Source: Candidatus Multivoradales bacterium
GTDB lineage: Bacteria; Acidobacteriota; Thermoanaerobaculia; Multivoradales; JAHEKO01
Length of the DNA stretch: 64,000 bases
Assembly: GCA_965223155.1 (NCBI GenBank)
Contig: CBDCVR010000013.1
Location: 576,001 to 640,000 of the forward strand
Direction of reading: 5' to 3'
A program made the position numbers and the translations under genes. Position 1 is the first letter of the stretch. Each line of letters begins with the position of its first letter. The notes beneath the pieces were generated by a model. It was not told the origin of the DNA. It saw nothing but the letters and a program-made list of their open reading frames with translations, and did no database searches. This document shows positions 30,106 through 39,350 of this stretch, piece after piece.

Positions 30106-31288
30106 TTTCGCTGTCCTTTCGTGGATCTCGCCCATCGACGGTCGCCAGCTCCCGGGTGACGGCGCGGCGCACGAGGAACGCGGTACCCGCCCCCGCCGCC
30201 TCCGGCCGGGTCAGCGATTCACGTGTCACGAGGCGATCGATCAACTCCCACATGAGCTCATGGTAGACGATGACCAACGTCTGACCGGCGTCACCGAGGC
30301 CGAAGCCCTCGCTCCAGGACTCCACGTCCAGGTTCTGAAGCTCCTCGAGGAGGCCCTCGGTCAAGTTCTCGGCCGCCCGGAAAACCGGGCCACCGCCGGC
30401 CTCGTCCACGACCGGCACCAGCCAACGGCCGTCCGGATCCATGAGTCCGAGACTGTTGAGGTTGCCCTGCGGCCGATCCTCGGCTCCCGCACCGGCCTCA
30501 TCCGCATCCCCGGCCGTACCGGCGCCCAGAGCCTGGCTCAGCTCGGTGGCAGCCGCGCGCCAGGGTCCGAGGTCGGGGGACGCCGCCCCGCCGGGAACGG
30601 TCATCTTGAGGGTGGCTGGAGAACCGCTCAGAACCAGGGTTCGCGGAGCCTCGGGACGTGGCGGCCGGTGCACCCAGTAGACGCCGGTCCAGTGCGGCGA
30701 GCGCGTCGACCGTCGGCGGCGATCGGGGACCATCCGGTACTCGTCCAGGAACTCCCAGACCATGCCGTCGAGGACGTACGAGAAGACCAGGGAATAGGCC
30801 CATCCCCGGTGACCGGCGGCGCGCACCGCCTCCAGGAACGCTCGGCTCTCGTCCCCGACCTCGAGCAGCGTGCGTCCGGCGAGCTCTTCGATCCGCCGCC
30901 GCAGCTCGAGCGTCGTTTCGGCGTCCAGAACCGGAAAGCCGGTGACGAGTCGCCCCGAGGAGTCGTCCTGGAGCATGCCCAGGGTCCGAAGGAGCTCCAC
31001 CTGGCTGTCCAGGACGGACAGGCCCGAGGTCCGCAGCTCTTCGAGCGAGCACCCGTCGCGGCATGCCAGCAGGATCTCGCCGTTGGAGTCGAGCGCGGCG
31101 ATCCCCTCCGGCGAGCGCTTGCCGACACTCAAGTACTGCACCATCCGGTAGGCATCCCAGGCGCCGGCGCCGTCTGCGGCCGCGGCAGCCGCGGCGGGAG
31201 CCGGACTCCAAGCCGCCGTCAGCACCAGCGCCGCGACGGTTCCGAGCACCCGGCAGGACCGGCGACAGAATCGGTTCAGGTACTTCAT
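30092..31288 (-). CDS. Hypothetical exported protein
   Basis: ATGA overlap with the upstream gene, signal peptide, coding-like codon pattern; family not recognised. Confidence 0.7.
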   Translation of the reverse strand: MKYLNRFCRRSCRVLGTVAALVLTAAWSPAPAAAAAAADGAGAWDAYRMVQYLSVGKRSPEGIAALDSNGEILLACRDGCSLEELRTSGLSVLDSQVELLRTLGMLQDDSSGRLVTGFPVLDAETTLELRRRIEELAGRTLLEVGDESRAFLEAVRAAGHRGWAYSLVFSYVLDGMVWEFLDEYRMVPDRRRRSTRSPHWTGVYWVHRPPRPEAPRTLVLSGSPATLKMTVPGGAASPDLGPWRAAATELSQALGAGTAGDADEAGAGAEDRPQGNLNSLGLMDPDGRWLVPVVDEAGGGPVFRAAENLTEGLLEELQNLDVESWSEGFGLGDAGQTLVIVYHELMWELIDRLVTRESLTRPEAAGAGTAFLVRRAVTRELATVDGRDPRKDSENVDD

Positions 31289-32223
31289 CCCAGCCTTTCG
31301 TAGAGGGTCACTTCCGAAGCCAGGAAGGCCACCCGCAAGGCGAACTTGCCGGCGAGCAGAAGCTGGGCGACGGCGAGCGCGACCAGGATGGCTCCCGGCC
31401 GCGCCTGGCCGACTCCGGGCGTGACGAACCAGTGGAGCGCCATCAAGCCGGCCCCCAGGAGGCCGTAGCCCGCGGCCACCGCCGCCAGCCGCAGCGGATG
31501 GCGGACCAGCAGCGCGAAACCCCGAACCAACCCGGCGAGGGCCGAGCGGCGCCGATCCAGCACCAGAGCCGCCTTGGCCAGATCCGAGGCCATCCGGATC
31601 GCGACCAGGAGGCCCACAATGCCCAGGGCCGCCGCTAGGTTGACCGCCAGCACCGTACGCTCGCTGGTCACGTCGATGAGCCTGCCGCCGAGCTGTGGAA
31701 AGAGCCAGTGAGCGAGCCGGAAGAGCCCGTAATAGAGCACCGCCGTTGCCAAAGTCAGGCGAGCCAGGCGCGGGAAGTAGGTCAGGCCGTCGGCCAGCAC
31801 CGTCCCGAGCCGGGGCTTGGGCGAGCCCTCCCGGAGCGCCTCCAAGACCCCCCCCAGGACCAGCAGCCAGGCGACGGCGAAGAGCGCCCCCACGGCCAGC
31901 ACGGCCGGCCCCAGCGTCAGCAGGGTTCCGTCCCACCACCGATCCAGGGTATCCAGCCAGGCGCCACGAGTCAGCGCAGAGACCGACATCGTCCCCGGCA
32001 GACCGGTGCCGCTTTCGGCGTATTCGGTGAGCCATCCCGTGTCCAGGCCGGCCAGGAGCTTGCCGTGCACGTGACTGCGGCCCACCGACCGTTGGATGGA
32101 GTCGCCCACCAGTACCGCCGCCGGCAGGGCGATCGCCACGTTGAGAAGCCAAACCAGCCCCACCAGGCCCGGGGCCCGCAGCATGCGGCGTAGGCCCTCG
32201 GCAATCGCGGATCGGCCGCTCAT
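31285..32223 (-). CDS. Hypothetical multi-pass membrane protein (M1 peptidase-associated)
   Basis: About 6 hydrophobic segments; lies directly after the M1 peptidase. Confidence 0.75.
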   Translation of the reverse strand: MSGRSAIAEGLRRMLRAPGLVGLVWLLNVAIALPAAVLVGDSIQRSVGRSHVHGKLLAGLDTGWLTEYAESGTGLPGTMSVSALTRGAWLDTLDRWWDGTLLTLGPAVLAVGALFAVAWLLVLGGVLEALREGSPKPRLGTVLADGLTYFPRLARLTLATAVLYYGLFRLAHWLFPQLGGRLIDVTSERTVLAVNLAAALGIVGLLVAIRMASDLAKAALVLDRRRSALAGLVRGFALLVRHPLRLAAVAAGYGLLGAGLMALHWFVTPGVGQARPGAILVALAVAQLLLAGKFALRVAFLASEVTLYERLG

Positions 32224-32251
32224 CGAGTCCTCGCTCGATTCGGTCCGGCCA

Positions 32252-34396
32252 TCAAACGAAATACGCCACGGCGTGCAGCACGTCCTGAAGCCAGGCTTGC
32301 CAGCGCCCGGCCCACTTGACCGCCGGCCAGCGGCTCTGCTCCCGGCGGTAGCGGGTGTTGTTGGTGTAGTTGACGTCCAGCAGCAGGATCCGATCGGGGT
32401 CTACGGTCGCCGAGCGCACCCGGGAAGGCCCCTCCTCGACGAACTCCTGCCAACGATACTTGCCATCCCAGCGGCGCTCGACCGCAGTGCCGTCCTCGAA
32501 GTCGATCCGCACCCGCACCGGGAAGCGCCCGTCGCCCAGCCGCCGCACGACCACGCTCGAACGGTAGCGCCGGTCTTCGGCGGCCTCCGCGCCGTCGGTC
32601 GAAGCCAGCTCCAGGGCCGCCCCGGAACCGAAGTAGCCCGACGGCTCGATCGGCCAGCTCTCGACCGAATCGACGGCGTAGTCGAAGCTCCGAGCCGAGC
32701 GCACCACCTCGTCGAAAAACCAGTCCAGGTCCTCGCCCGCGACCTCGCTGGCGGTGGCGAAGAAGTCCTCGCCCCGGGGATGCCGGAAGCGCCAGCGCGC
32801 GTAGAAGGCGGACAACACCTCCCGCAGCCTGGGCCAGCCCAGGTAACGCTCCAGCGTATGGAGCCAGATCGCGGTGCGGCTGTAGCTGATTCCGGAGGCG
32901 GTAGCCGGATGGTAGCGCCAGGTAGGCCGGCTCTGCACGTCGGTCACCGCCGCCCGCCGGTAGCGCGCCCAGCCGTTGCCGTAGAGCTCCCGTGAGAGCT
33001 CCACCTCCCGGAAGACAACCGGGAAAAAGCCCCGGCGCTCGGGCACGCCTGGCGGTGAGAAATACCGCCGGCTTGGATGGATCGGGCCGTAGGCCTCGTC
33101 GTAGACCCGGGCGTCCGAGAACGAGTTGAGGCCCTCGTCGAGCCACGCCGCGTCGAACTCGTTGTTGGCCACGACCCCGTACCAAAACTGATGGCCGGCC
33201 TCATGGATGGTCACGCCCTCGGGGCGCCCGCCGCCGAATGGGTTCCAGAGCCGAGTGCCCGCGGTAAAGAGCGTCGGATACTCCATCCCGCCGGCGCCGC
33301 TGCCGTAGGCCGGGTCGATCACCGTCACGAAGTCGTACGGATACGGGCCGTACCAGCCGCCGTACAGGCGCAGGGCGGCGCGGGTGGCGTCGAAGTGCCG
33401 GGCCGCCTGGCGAAGATGCTCGGGCTGCATCAGCAGCCGGATCTCGACCGGCGGCAGCCCGGGCTCCTCGAAACGATCCCGAAACTCCACGTAGTCCGGG
33501 CTCGTCGTCCAGGCGAACCCGTGCACGTCCTCGGCCCGGTACCGGTGGATCTCGGTCCCCGGCTCGGGCCCCGCCCGGCGCTCGACCTCGCGGCCGGTCG
33601 CGCCCACCAACCAGCCCTCGGGAACGGTGAGGGACACGTCGTAGACGCCGAAGTCCGAGTAGAACTCGGTGGCCGAATGGAACTGCCGGCCGCTCCAGCC
33701 GCCGGCCTCGAAGACGGCCAGCTTCGGGAACCAGTGGGCCAGAAGAAAGAAGTTCCCGCGAAATCCCGTGCGGGCGAACGTCCTCGGGATCTTGGCTCGG
33801 AACTGGAGCTCGACCTCGATCGAGTCGCCGGGCGCGACCGGTGCCGGCAACTCCACGCCCGCCAGCGTCCTGTCCGCCGGATTGCCATCGTCCGGAGCCA
33901 CGAACCGGAGGCCAGGCATGAGATCGACCGACGACTCGGATTCTCCCAGAGCCGAATCGTCGCTCCCTCCTCCGCCGCCGGAACCGGCGTCCGCTCCTTC
34001 GGCGCCCCTGGCGACAGCCACCAGGGTCATCGATTCGATCTCGAGATAGGCCCAGTCCTCGTCGGCGACGGTCCCATCGTGCTCGCTCCTGCCGCGGTGC
34101 CGATCCTCTCGAAGCCAGGTGCTCTCGCTGTTGCGCCATCCGTTCCAGTAGAGGTGGAAGCGCAGCTCCGAGGTCGGTTGCTCCTGGATGTTGCGCCAGC
34201 GCACCCGCTGCCGCCCGCGCAGGATCTTCTCGGCCGCGTCCAGACGGACGTCGATCGTGTAGTTGGCGTTCCTGGGCGAGAGTGCCTCGCTGGACGCCGC
34301 CACCGGAGCGCCGCCGAGCCCCGCTAGGACGCAGGCGGCGGCCACCGTCCAGAGCGCCCAAGCTGCCGCCTGGCTACGCGGGATCAGGGCTGACAA
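32252..34396 (-). CDS. M1 family metallo-aminopeptidase, exported
   Basis: Signal peptide, GGMEYP, HEAGHQ plus downstream WLDEG gluzincin motif. Confidence 0.92.
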   Translation of the reverse strand: MSALIPRSQAAAWALWTVAAACVLAGLGGAPVAASSEALSPRNANYTIDVRLDAAEKILRGRQRVRWRNIQEQPTSELRFHLYWNGWRNSESTWLREDRHRGRSEHDGTVADEDWAYLEIESMTLVAVARGAEGADAGSGGGGGSDDSALGESESSVDLMPGLRFVAPDDGNPADRTLAGVELPAPVAPGDSIEVELQFRAKIPRTFARTGFRGNFFLLAHWFPKLAVFEAGGWSGRQFHSATEFYSDFGVYDVSLTVPEGWLVGATGREVERRAGPEPGTEIHRYRAEDVHGFAWTTSPDYVEFRDRFEEPGLPPVEIRLLMQPEHLRQAARHFDATRAALRLYGGWYGPYPYDFVTVIDPAYGSGAGGMEYPTLFTAGTRLWNPFGGGRPEGVTIHEAGHQFWYGVVANNEFDAAWLDEGLNSFSDARVYDEAYGPIHPSRRYFSPPGVPERRGFFPVVFREVELSRELYGNGWARYRRAAVTDVQSRPTWRYHPATASGISYSRTAIWLHTLERYLGWPRLREVLSAFYARWRFRHPRGEDFFATASEVAGEDLDWFFDEVVRSARSFDYAVDSVESWPIEPSGYFGSGAALELASTDGAEAAEDRRYRSSVVVRRLGDGRFPVRVRIDFEDGTAVERRWDGKYRWQEFVEEGPSRVRSATVDPDRILLLDVNYTNNTRYRREQSRWPAVKWAGRWQAWLQDVLHAVAYFV

Positions 34397-34624
34397 GCGG
34401 CAACGTCCATGGCGGTCTCGGGCAGGCTCAGAACGCGACCGGCGCGCTCCGATCCCAGGCTTCCTGGCGGAGCCGTAAGTTTATCCGACCCCTGCCTGCT
34501 TCCTGGCCGCCTTCCGGTCACCTCTGGCCGACGGTTGCCCGACCCTGGCCGACTCCCTCGCCGGTCGCCCGTTCCACGCCGGCCGCATGGGCGCCGGCAG
34601 CCCGAGTGCTGGTACGGTCGCTCC

Positions 34625-35617
34625 ATGGACTACCGCAACCTGGGACCGACCGGCCTCAAGGTCTCGCCTCTCTGCCTGGGCACGATGATGTTGGGTGCCT
34701 GGGGGAACCCGGACCACGACGCTTGCGTGCGCATGATCCATCAGGCTTTGGATGCCGGCATCAACTTCATCGACACCGCCAACATGTATTCGGAGGGCGA
34801 GACCGAGACCCTCGTCGGCAAGGCCCTGAACGGGCGCAGACACGAGGCGGTGTTGGCCACCAAGGTGTACTTCCCCATGGGACCCGGTCCCAACCAGCGC
34901 GGCCTGTCGCGCAAGGCCATTCAGGAACAGGTCGAGGCCAGTCTCCGGCGGCTGGACACCGACGTCATCGACCTCTACCAGATCCACCGGCCCGACCCGA
35001 CCGTGCCGTGGGAAGAAACCCTGTCGACGCTCAACGACCTGGTCCGCCAGGGCAAGGTGCGCTACCTGGGCTGCTCCACCAACCACTACCCGGTCGGAGA
35101 CATTCCGTTACTGAGTGCCTGGGAGATCGTCGATACGTTCCGGATCTGCGAGCGCAACGGCTGGGAGCCCTTCGTCAGTCTGCAACCCCCGTACTCGATG
35201 CTACGCCGGACGATGGAGCGCGAGCACTTCCCCATGAGCCGGCGGCTTGGGCTGGCCAACATCGTCTGGAGTCCGCTCGAAGGCGGCTGGCTGACCGGCA
35301 AGTACCAACCCGGCCACGAGCCGCCCGAGGACAGTCCCCGGTTCGAGCGCTGGATCAAGGACCTCGACGATCCGAAGTTCGGTCCGCGGCGAGCCGCGAT
35401 CCAGAAGCTCGGCGAGCTGGCCGAGGCCAAGGGGCTGGCGCTGGCCGACTACGCCCTGGCCTGGAACCTGGGTGAGCCGGCGGTCACCTCGGTGATCATC
35501 GGTCCGCGCACCCCGGAACAACTCGAGGCCAGCCTGGCCGCCACCGACCAGCGGCTCGAAGCCGACGAACGGCTCCAGGTGGACGCCATCGTGCCCCCTG
35601 GCGAGTCGGTCCTCTAG
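34625..35617 (+). CDS. Aldo/keto reductase
   Basis: LGPTGLKVS, GINFIDTANMY, SLRRL.TD.IDLYQIH, GKVRYLG, WSPL.GG.LTGKY. Confidence 0.95.
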   Translation: MDYRNLGPTGLKVSPLCLGTMMLGAWGNPDHDACVRMIHQALDAGINFIDTANMYSEGETETLVGKALNGRRHEAVLATKVYFPMGPGPNQRGLSRKAIQEQVEASLRRLDTDVIDLYQIHRPDPTVPWEETLSTLNDLVRQGKVRYLGCSTNHYPVGDIPLLSAWEIVDTFRICERNGWEPFVSLQPPYSMLRRTMEREHFPMSRRLGLANIVWSPLEGGWLTGKYQPGHEPPEDSPRFERWIKDLDDPKFGPRRAAIQKLGELAEAKGLALADYALAWNLGEPAVTSVIIGPRTPEQLEASLAATDQRLEADERLQVDAIVPPGESVL

Positions 35618-35624
35618 CAACCGA

Positions 35625-35672
35625 CCACAACATCTAGCACTCACCCTCACCGGCAGCCACGAGGTCTTGTGG
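35625..35672 (+). promoter_or_regulatory. Tandem NrdR-box-like sites upstream of smc
   Basis: CCACAACATCTAGCAC (35625-35640) and CCACGAGGTCTTGTGG (35657-35672), starts 32 bp apart, compared with consensus acaCwAtATaTwGtgt. Confidence 0.6.
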
Positions 35673-35727
35673 TTGCGAGGACCTGTTTGGTACGCTCCGA
35701 ACGGCGGTTTCGGCCGCCAATTTTCGT

Positions 35728-38700
35728 ATGTTCAAGCTAAGTCGGCTCGAGCTTTCGGGCTTCAAATCCTTCGTGGATCCCGCCGTCCTCGACTTCTCGG
35801 GCGGGATCAACGCCATCGTCGGCCCCAACGGTTGCGGCAAGAGCAACGTCTGCGACGCGGTCTGCTGGGTGCTGGGCGAGCGCAGCGCCAAGAATCTGCG
35901 CGGCGAGACCATGGAGGACGTCATCTTCAGCGGTTCGGCTTCGCGCAAGCGGCTGGGGTTGGCGGACGTCCAACTCAGCCTGACCACCGAGAGCTCGTAC
36001 GAGCACGCCGAAGACGGCCGCATCACCATCGGCCGGCGGGTGCACCGGGACGGCGAAAGCCAGTACCTCTTGAACGGCAAGACCGTGCGCCTCAAGGACA
36101 TCCGGGATCTGCTCATGGACACCGGCCTGGGGATCCGGGCCTATTCGGTGATCGAGCAAGGCAAGATCGGAATGATCCTGTCGGGCAAGCCGGTCGAGCG
36201 CCGGCGTCTGCTCGAAGAAGCGGCCGGTATCACCCGCTACAAGGAGCGGCGGCGCATCGCCGAGATCAAGCTCGAGGACGCCCGCGACAATCTCTTCAGA
36301 TTGGACGACATTCTGGCCGAGGTCGAGCGCAGCCTGCGCTCGCTCAAGCGCCAGGCGGGCGCGGCACGGAGGTTCCACGAGCGGCGCGAGGCCTACCGTG
36401 AGCTTTGGCAGGAAGTCCTTCTGGGCCGCTGGAGCCGGCTCTCCGGCAGCCTGGCGGAGCTCGAGACCGGGCTGCGGTCGGCGACCGACCGCGAGGCCGA
36501 GAGCACCGCTTCGGTCCAGAAGCTCGAGGCCGAGCTCCTCGCCGGCCGCGAGGAGTTGGATCGATTGACCAAGGAGCTGGCCGAGCAACACCGCCTGGAA
36601 GCCGAGCAGGCCGCGCGCATCGAGGGCCGGCAGGAGTTTCTGGTCGGGTCCAGATCGCGCCAGACCGAGATCGACGAACGGGTCAAAGCCGGCGACCGAG
36701 CGGCGCTCGCGCGGGCGGGCAAGATCGAGACCCTGGAAGGCGCCCGCGCCTCCCTCGAGACCAAGTTGGCCGAGCTGGGAGGCGAGCACGACACCGCCGC
36801 CAGCGAGGTTTCCGAGGACGAGGTCAAGCTGGACGAGGTCATGCGCGCGGCCGGCGAGGCCGAGAGCCGGCTCGAGGCCCTCCGGGGACGCCTGCTCCAG
36901 TCGATCGGGGACGTCAACGGCCTCCGCAACCAGCTCCACCGAGAACAGGTCGAGCTCGAGAAGGGCGAGCTGCGCGAGCGCCATCTGGCCGAAGAGCTCG
37001 CCGCCAAGATCCAAGCCGTCACCGAGACGACGGCCGAGTTGGAAACCGCCGAGGCCCGCCACCGCGAGCTGGCCGCCGCCGTCGCCGAAGCCGAGGACTC
37101 CCTGGCCGAGCTCGGCGCCGACGTCGAGCGCCGCCGAGCCGCCCTCGCCGAGCTGGAGTCCCGGCGAAGCGAAGCGCTCGACGAGCTGCGCGCTCTCGAG
37201 ACCGATCGGGACGTGCTGGAAGAGCTGGAGAGGGTCCAGGCCGCCCGCCGGCGCGGTCTCACCGAGGTCTTCGAGCGGGCCGACCTGGGCCATCCCAGCT
37301 TCCTGGCCGATCGCCTCGCCGTCCCCGAAGGCTGGGAGCGGTCGCTGGACCTCTACTTGGGCGCCCTGGCCGACGCCATCGTAGTCGGCGACACCGCCAC
37401 CGCGGCCGTCGCGGTCAACGCTCTGGCTGATAGCGACATGACCGCCGGCCTCATCTCCACCGACGGCGAACGCCCGCGGCCGGTCGAGATCGACGACGCC
37501 AGCGTCGGGGCCAGCCTGGCCGAGGCTCTGGAAGTCGAGCCCGCGCTCGCCGCCTTCCTGCCCCCGGCTTTCCTGGTCGAGTCACCCGACGACGCCAGGC
37601 GTCTTGCCGCCGCCCATCCCGGAGTCTCGTTCATTACCCGCGATCGCTTCTGGGCCGAGGCCGGGGTCCTCCACATCCAGGGCCGCAACGCCCGCCCGGG
37701 CACCCTCACCCGAGAGCACGACCTCAACGAGATCCGCGACCGCATCCAGGAGCTGACCTTCCGCCGGGACGATCTGGACGCCGACATTGCCCAGCAGCGG
37801 GGCCGCTTGACCGAGGCCGAGGCAACGCACGGCAGCCAAGCCGACAAGCTGGCCGAGACCCGGCGCGAGCTGGCCGTGGCCGAGGCCCGCCGCGACGATC
37901 TCTCGGGGCTCGGCCAGCGCTTGACGGTCGAGCACGACACCCTCGGCACCGAGAGCACCGAGATTGGCACCGAGCTGGGCCTCCTCCGGGACCGGTCTCG
38001 CCGCCTGGAACGAGATCTGGAGCGGGCCCAGGAGCTGCACAGCACCCTGGAGGGAGACTTCGACCGGGCGCAACAGGACTACGATCGCTCCCGAACGGAG
38101 CGCGAATCGACCAAGACTTCGGGCGCCAGCCGCCGCGGCCGGCTCGAGCTCATCAGTCACCGCGTCGAATCCGTGCGGAGCGATCTGGACCGCATCGGCC
38201 GGGACCTGGAGGAAGCGCGGCACGCCGACCGCACCTGGACCGACGACAAGACCCGGCTCGAAACGCGCAAGTCCGATCTGGCAACCGCGATGACCACCGC
38301 CGAAGAGGAGCTCAAGGAGGCCTTGGAGCGGCGGGAGCAGGCCCAAGACGCGGCCATCCGGCAGCAGGAGACGATCGACGCGCACCGTTCCTCCCTGGAC
38401 GAGTTCGCCGGCCGGCTGGAAGCCGGCCGCACCCACCGGGACGAATTGCGCGAAGAGATCGCGGCCCTACGGGTGCGCGAAGCGGCGGCCAACCAGGAAG
38501 CTACCCATCTGCGCGAGCAGTACCGCGAGGACTTCGAGGACGAGCTCCCCGCGGCCGCGCCGGAAGCGCCCGAGGACCTGGAGCGGCTCGAGATGGACGC
38601 GACCCGCGTCAAGGAGAAGCTGGACCGTACCGGTCCGGTCAACCTGCTGGCGGCCGACGAGTACGCCGAGCAGGAGGAGCGCCACGGGTTCCTATCGACC

Positions 38701-39252
38701 CAGCGTGCCGACGTGGCCGGGTCGATCGAGCGCCTGAAGGAGACGATCCGCGGGATCAACGCGACCTCCAGCCAGCGCTTCCTGGACACCTTTCTCCAGG
38801 TCAACGACTTCTTCGGCAAGGCCTTTCAGGACCTCTTCCGCGGCGGCCAGGCCGAGATGCGCTTGATGGACGAAGACGAGCCGCTGGAATGCGGCATCGA
38901 GATCGTCGCCCGCCCGCCGGGCAAGCGGCTCCAGAACATCATGCTCATGTCCGGGGGGGAGAAGGCCCTGACCGCGATCGCTTTGCTCTTCGCTCTGTTT
39001 CGAGCCAAGCCCTCGCCGTTCTGCATCCTGGACGAGGTCGACGCGCCGCTCGATGACCTCAACACCCTGCGCTTCGTCGACATGCTCAGGCGCATGTCCC
39101 AGGAGACCCAGTTCATCGTCATCACCCACAATAAGCTGACCATGGAAGCCGCCACCCGTCTCTACGGTGTGACCATGCAAGAGCGCGGCGTCTCCCGCAT
39201 GGTCTCGGTCGAGCTGGACGACATCCATCCCGACTCGGCCCTCGGCGCCTAG
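35728..39252 (+). CDS. smc: Chromosome segregation protein SMC
   Basis: GFKSF, GPNGCGKSN, long coiled coils, GPVN, MSGGEK, CILDEVDAPLD, ITH. Confidence 0.97.
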   Translation: MFKLSRLELSGFKSFVDPAVLDFSGGINAIVGPNGCGKSNVCDAVCWVLGERSAKNLRGETMEDVIFSGSASRKRLGLADVQLSLTTESSYEHAEDGRITIGRRVHRDGESQYLLNGKTVRLKDIRDLLMDTGLGIRAYSVIEQGKIGMILSGKPVERRRLLEEAAGITRYKERRRIAEIKLEDARDNLFRLDDILAEVERSLRSLKRQAGAARRFHERREAYRELWQEVLLGRWSRLSGSLAELETGLRSATDREAESTASVQKLEAELLAGREELDRLTKELAEQHRLEAEQAARIEGRQEFLVGSRSRQTEIDERVKAGDRAALARAGKIETLEGARASLETKLAELGGEHDTAASEVSEDEVKLDEVMRAAGEAESRLEALRGRLLQSIGDVNGLRNQLHREQVELEKGELRERHLAEELAAKIQAVTETTAELETAEARHRELAAAVAEAEDSLAELGADVERRRAALAELESRRSEALDELRALETDRDVLEELERVQAARRRGLTEVFERADLGHPSFLADRLAVPEGWERSLDLYLGALADAIVVGDTATAAVAVNALADSDMTAGLISTDGERPRPVEIDDASVGASLAEALEVEPALAAFLPPAFLVESPDDARRLAAAHPGVSFITRDRFWAEAGVLHIQGRNARPGTLTREHDLNEIRDRIQELTFRRDDLDADIAQQRGRLTEAEATHGSQADKLAETRRELAVAEARRDDLSGLGQRLTVEHDTLGTESTEIGTELGLLRDRSRRLERDLERAQELHSTLEGDFDRAQQDYDRSRTERESTKTSGASRRGRLELISHRVESVRSDLDRIGRDLEEARHADRTWTDDKTRLETRKSDLATAMTTAEEELKEALERREQAQDAAIRQQETIDAHRSSLDEFAGRLEAGRTHRDELREEIAALRVREAAANQEATHLREQYREDFEDELPAAAPEAPEDLERLEMDATRVKEKLDRTGPVNLLAADEYAEQEERHGFLSTQRADVAGSIERLKETIRGINATSSQRFLDTFLQVNDFFGKAFQDLFRGGQAEMRLMDEDEPLECGIEIVARPPGKRLQNIMLMSGGEKALTAIALLFALFRAKPSPFCILDEVDAPLDDLNTLRFVDMLRRMSQETQFIVITHNKLTMEAATRLYGVTMQERGVSRMVSVELDDIHPDSALGA

Positions 39253-39263
39253 ACCGGCAGCGC

Positions 39264-39293
39264 TTGACTCGGCCCGCGGGCGGGTCCGATAAT
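39264..39293 (+). promoter_or_regulatory. Sigma70-type promoter of the S1-domain gene
   Basis: TTGACT (39264-39269), 18 nt spacer, GATAAT (39288-39293). Confidence 0.6.
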
Positions 39294-39350
39294 CGCCCTC
39301 CCGGCTCTACACGCTCCGCTTTCCGGCCCCGAATCCGCGAATCCGCTCCC

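Noticed and set aside
31289-32152. Long N-terminal extension of the 686-aa ORF 30092-32152 (likewise extensions of ORFs 8282, 5744, 12832, 56987 and 59907)
   Set aside because: The extensions overlap real neighbouring genes. Internal starts with SD, overlap or signal-peptide support were used instead.
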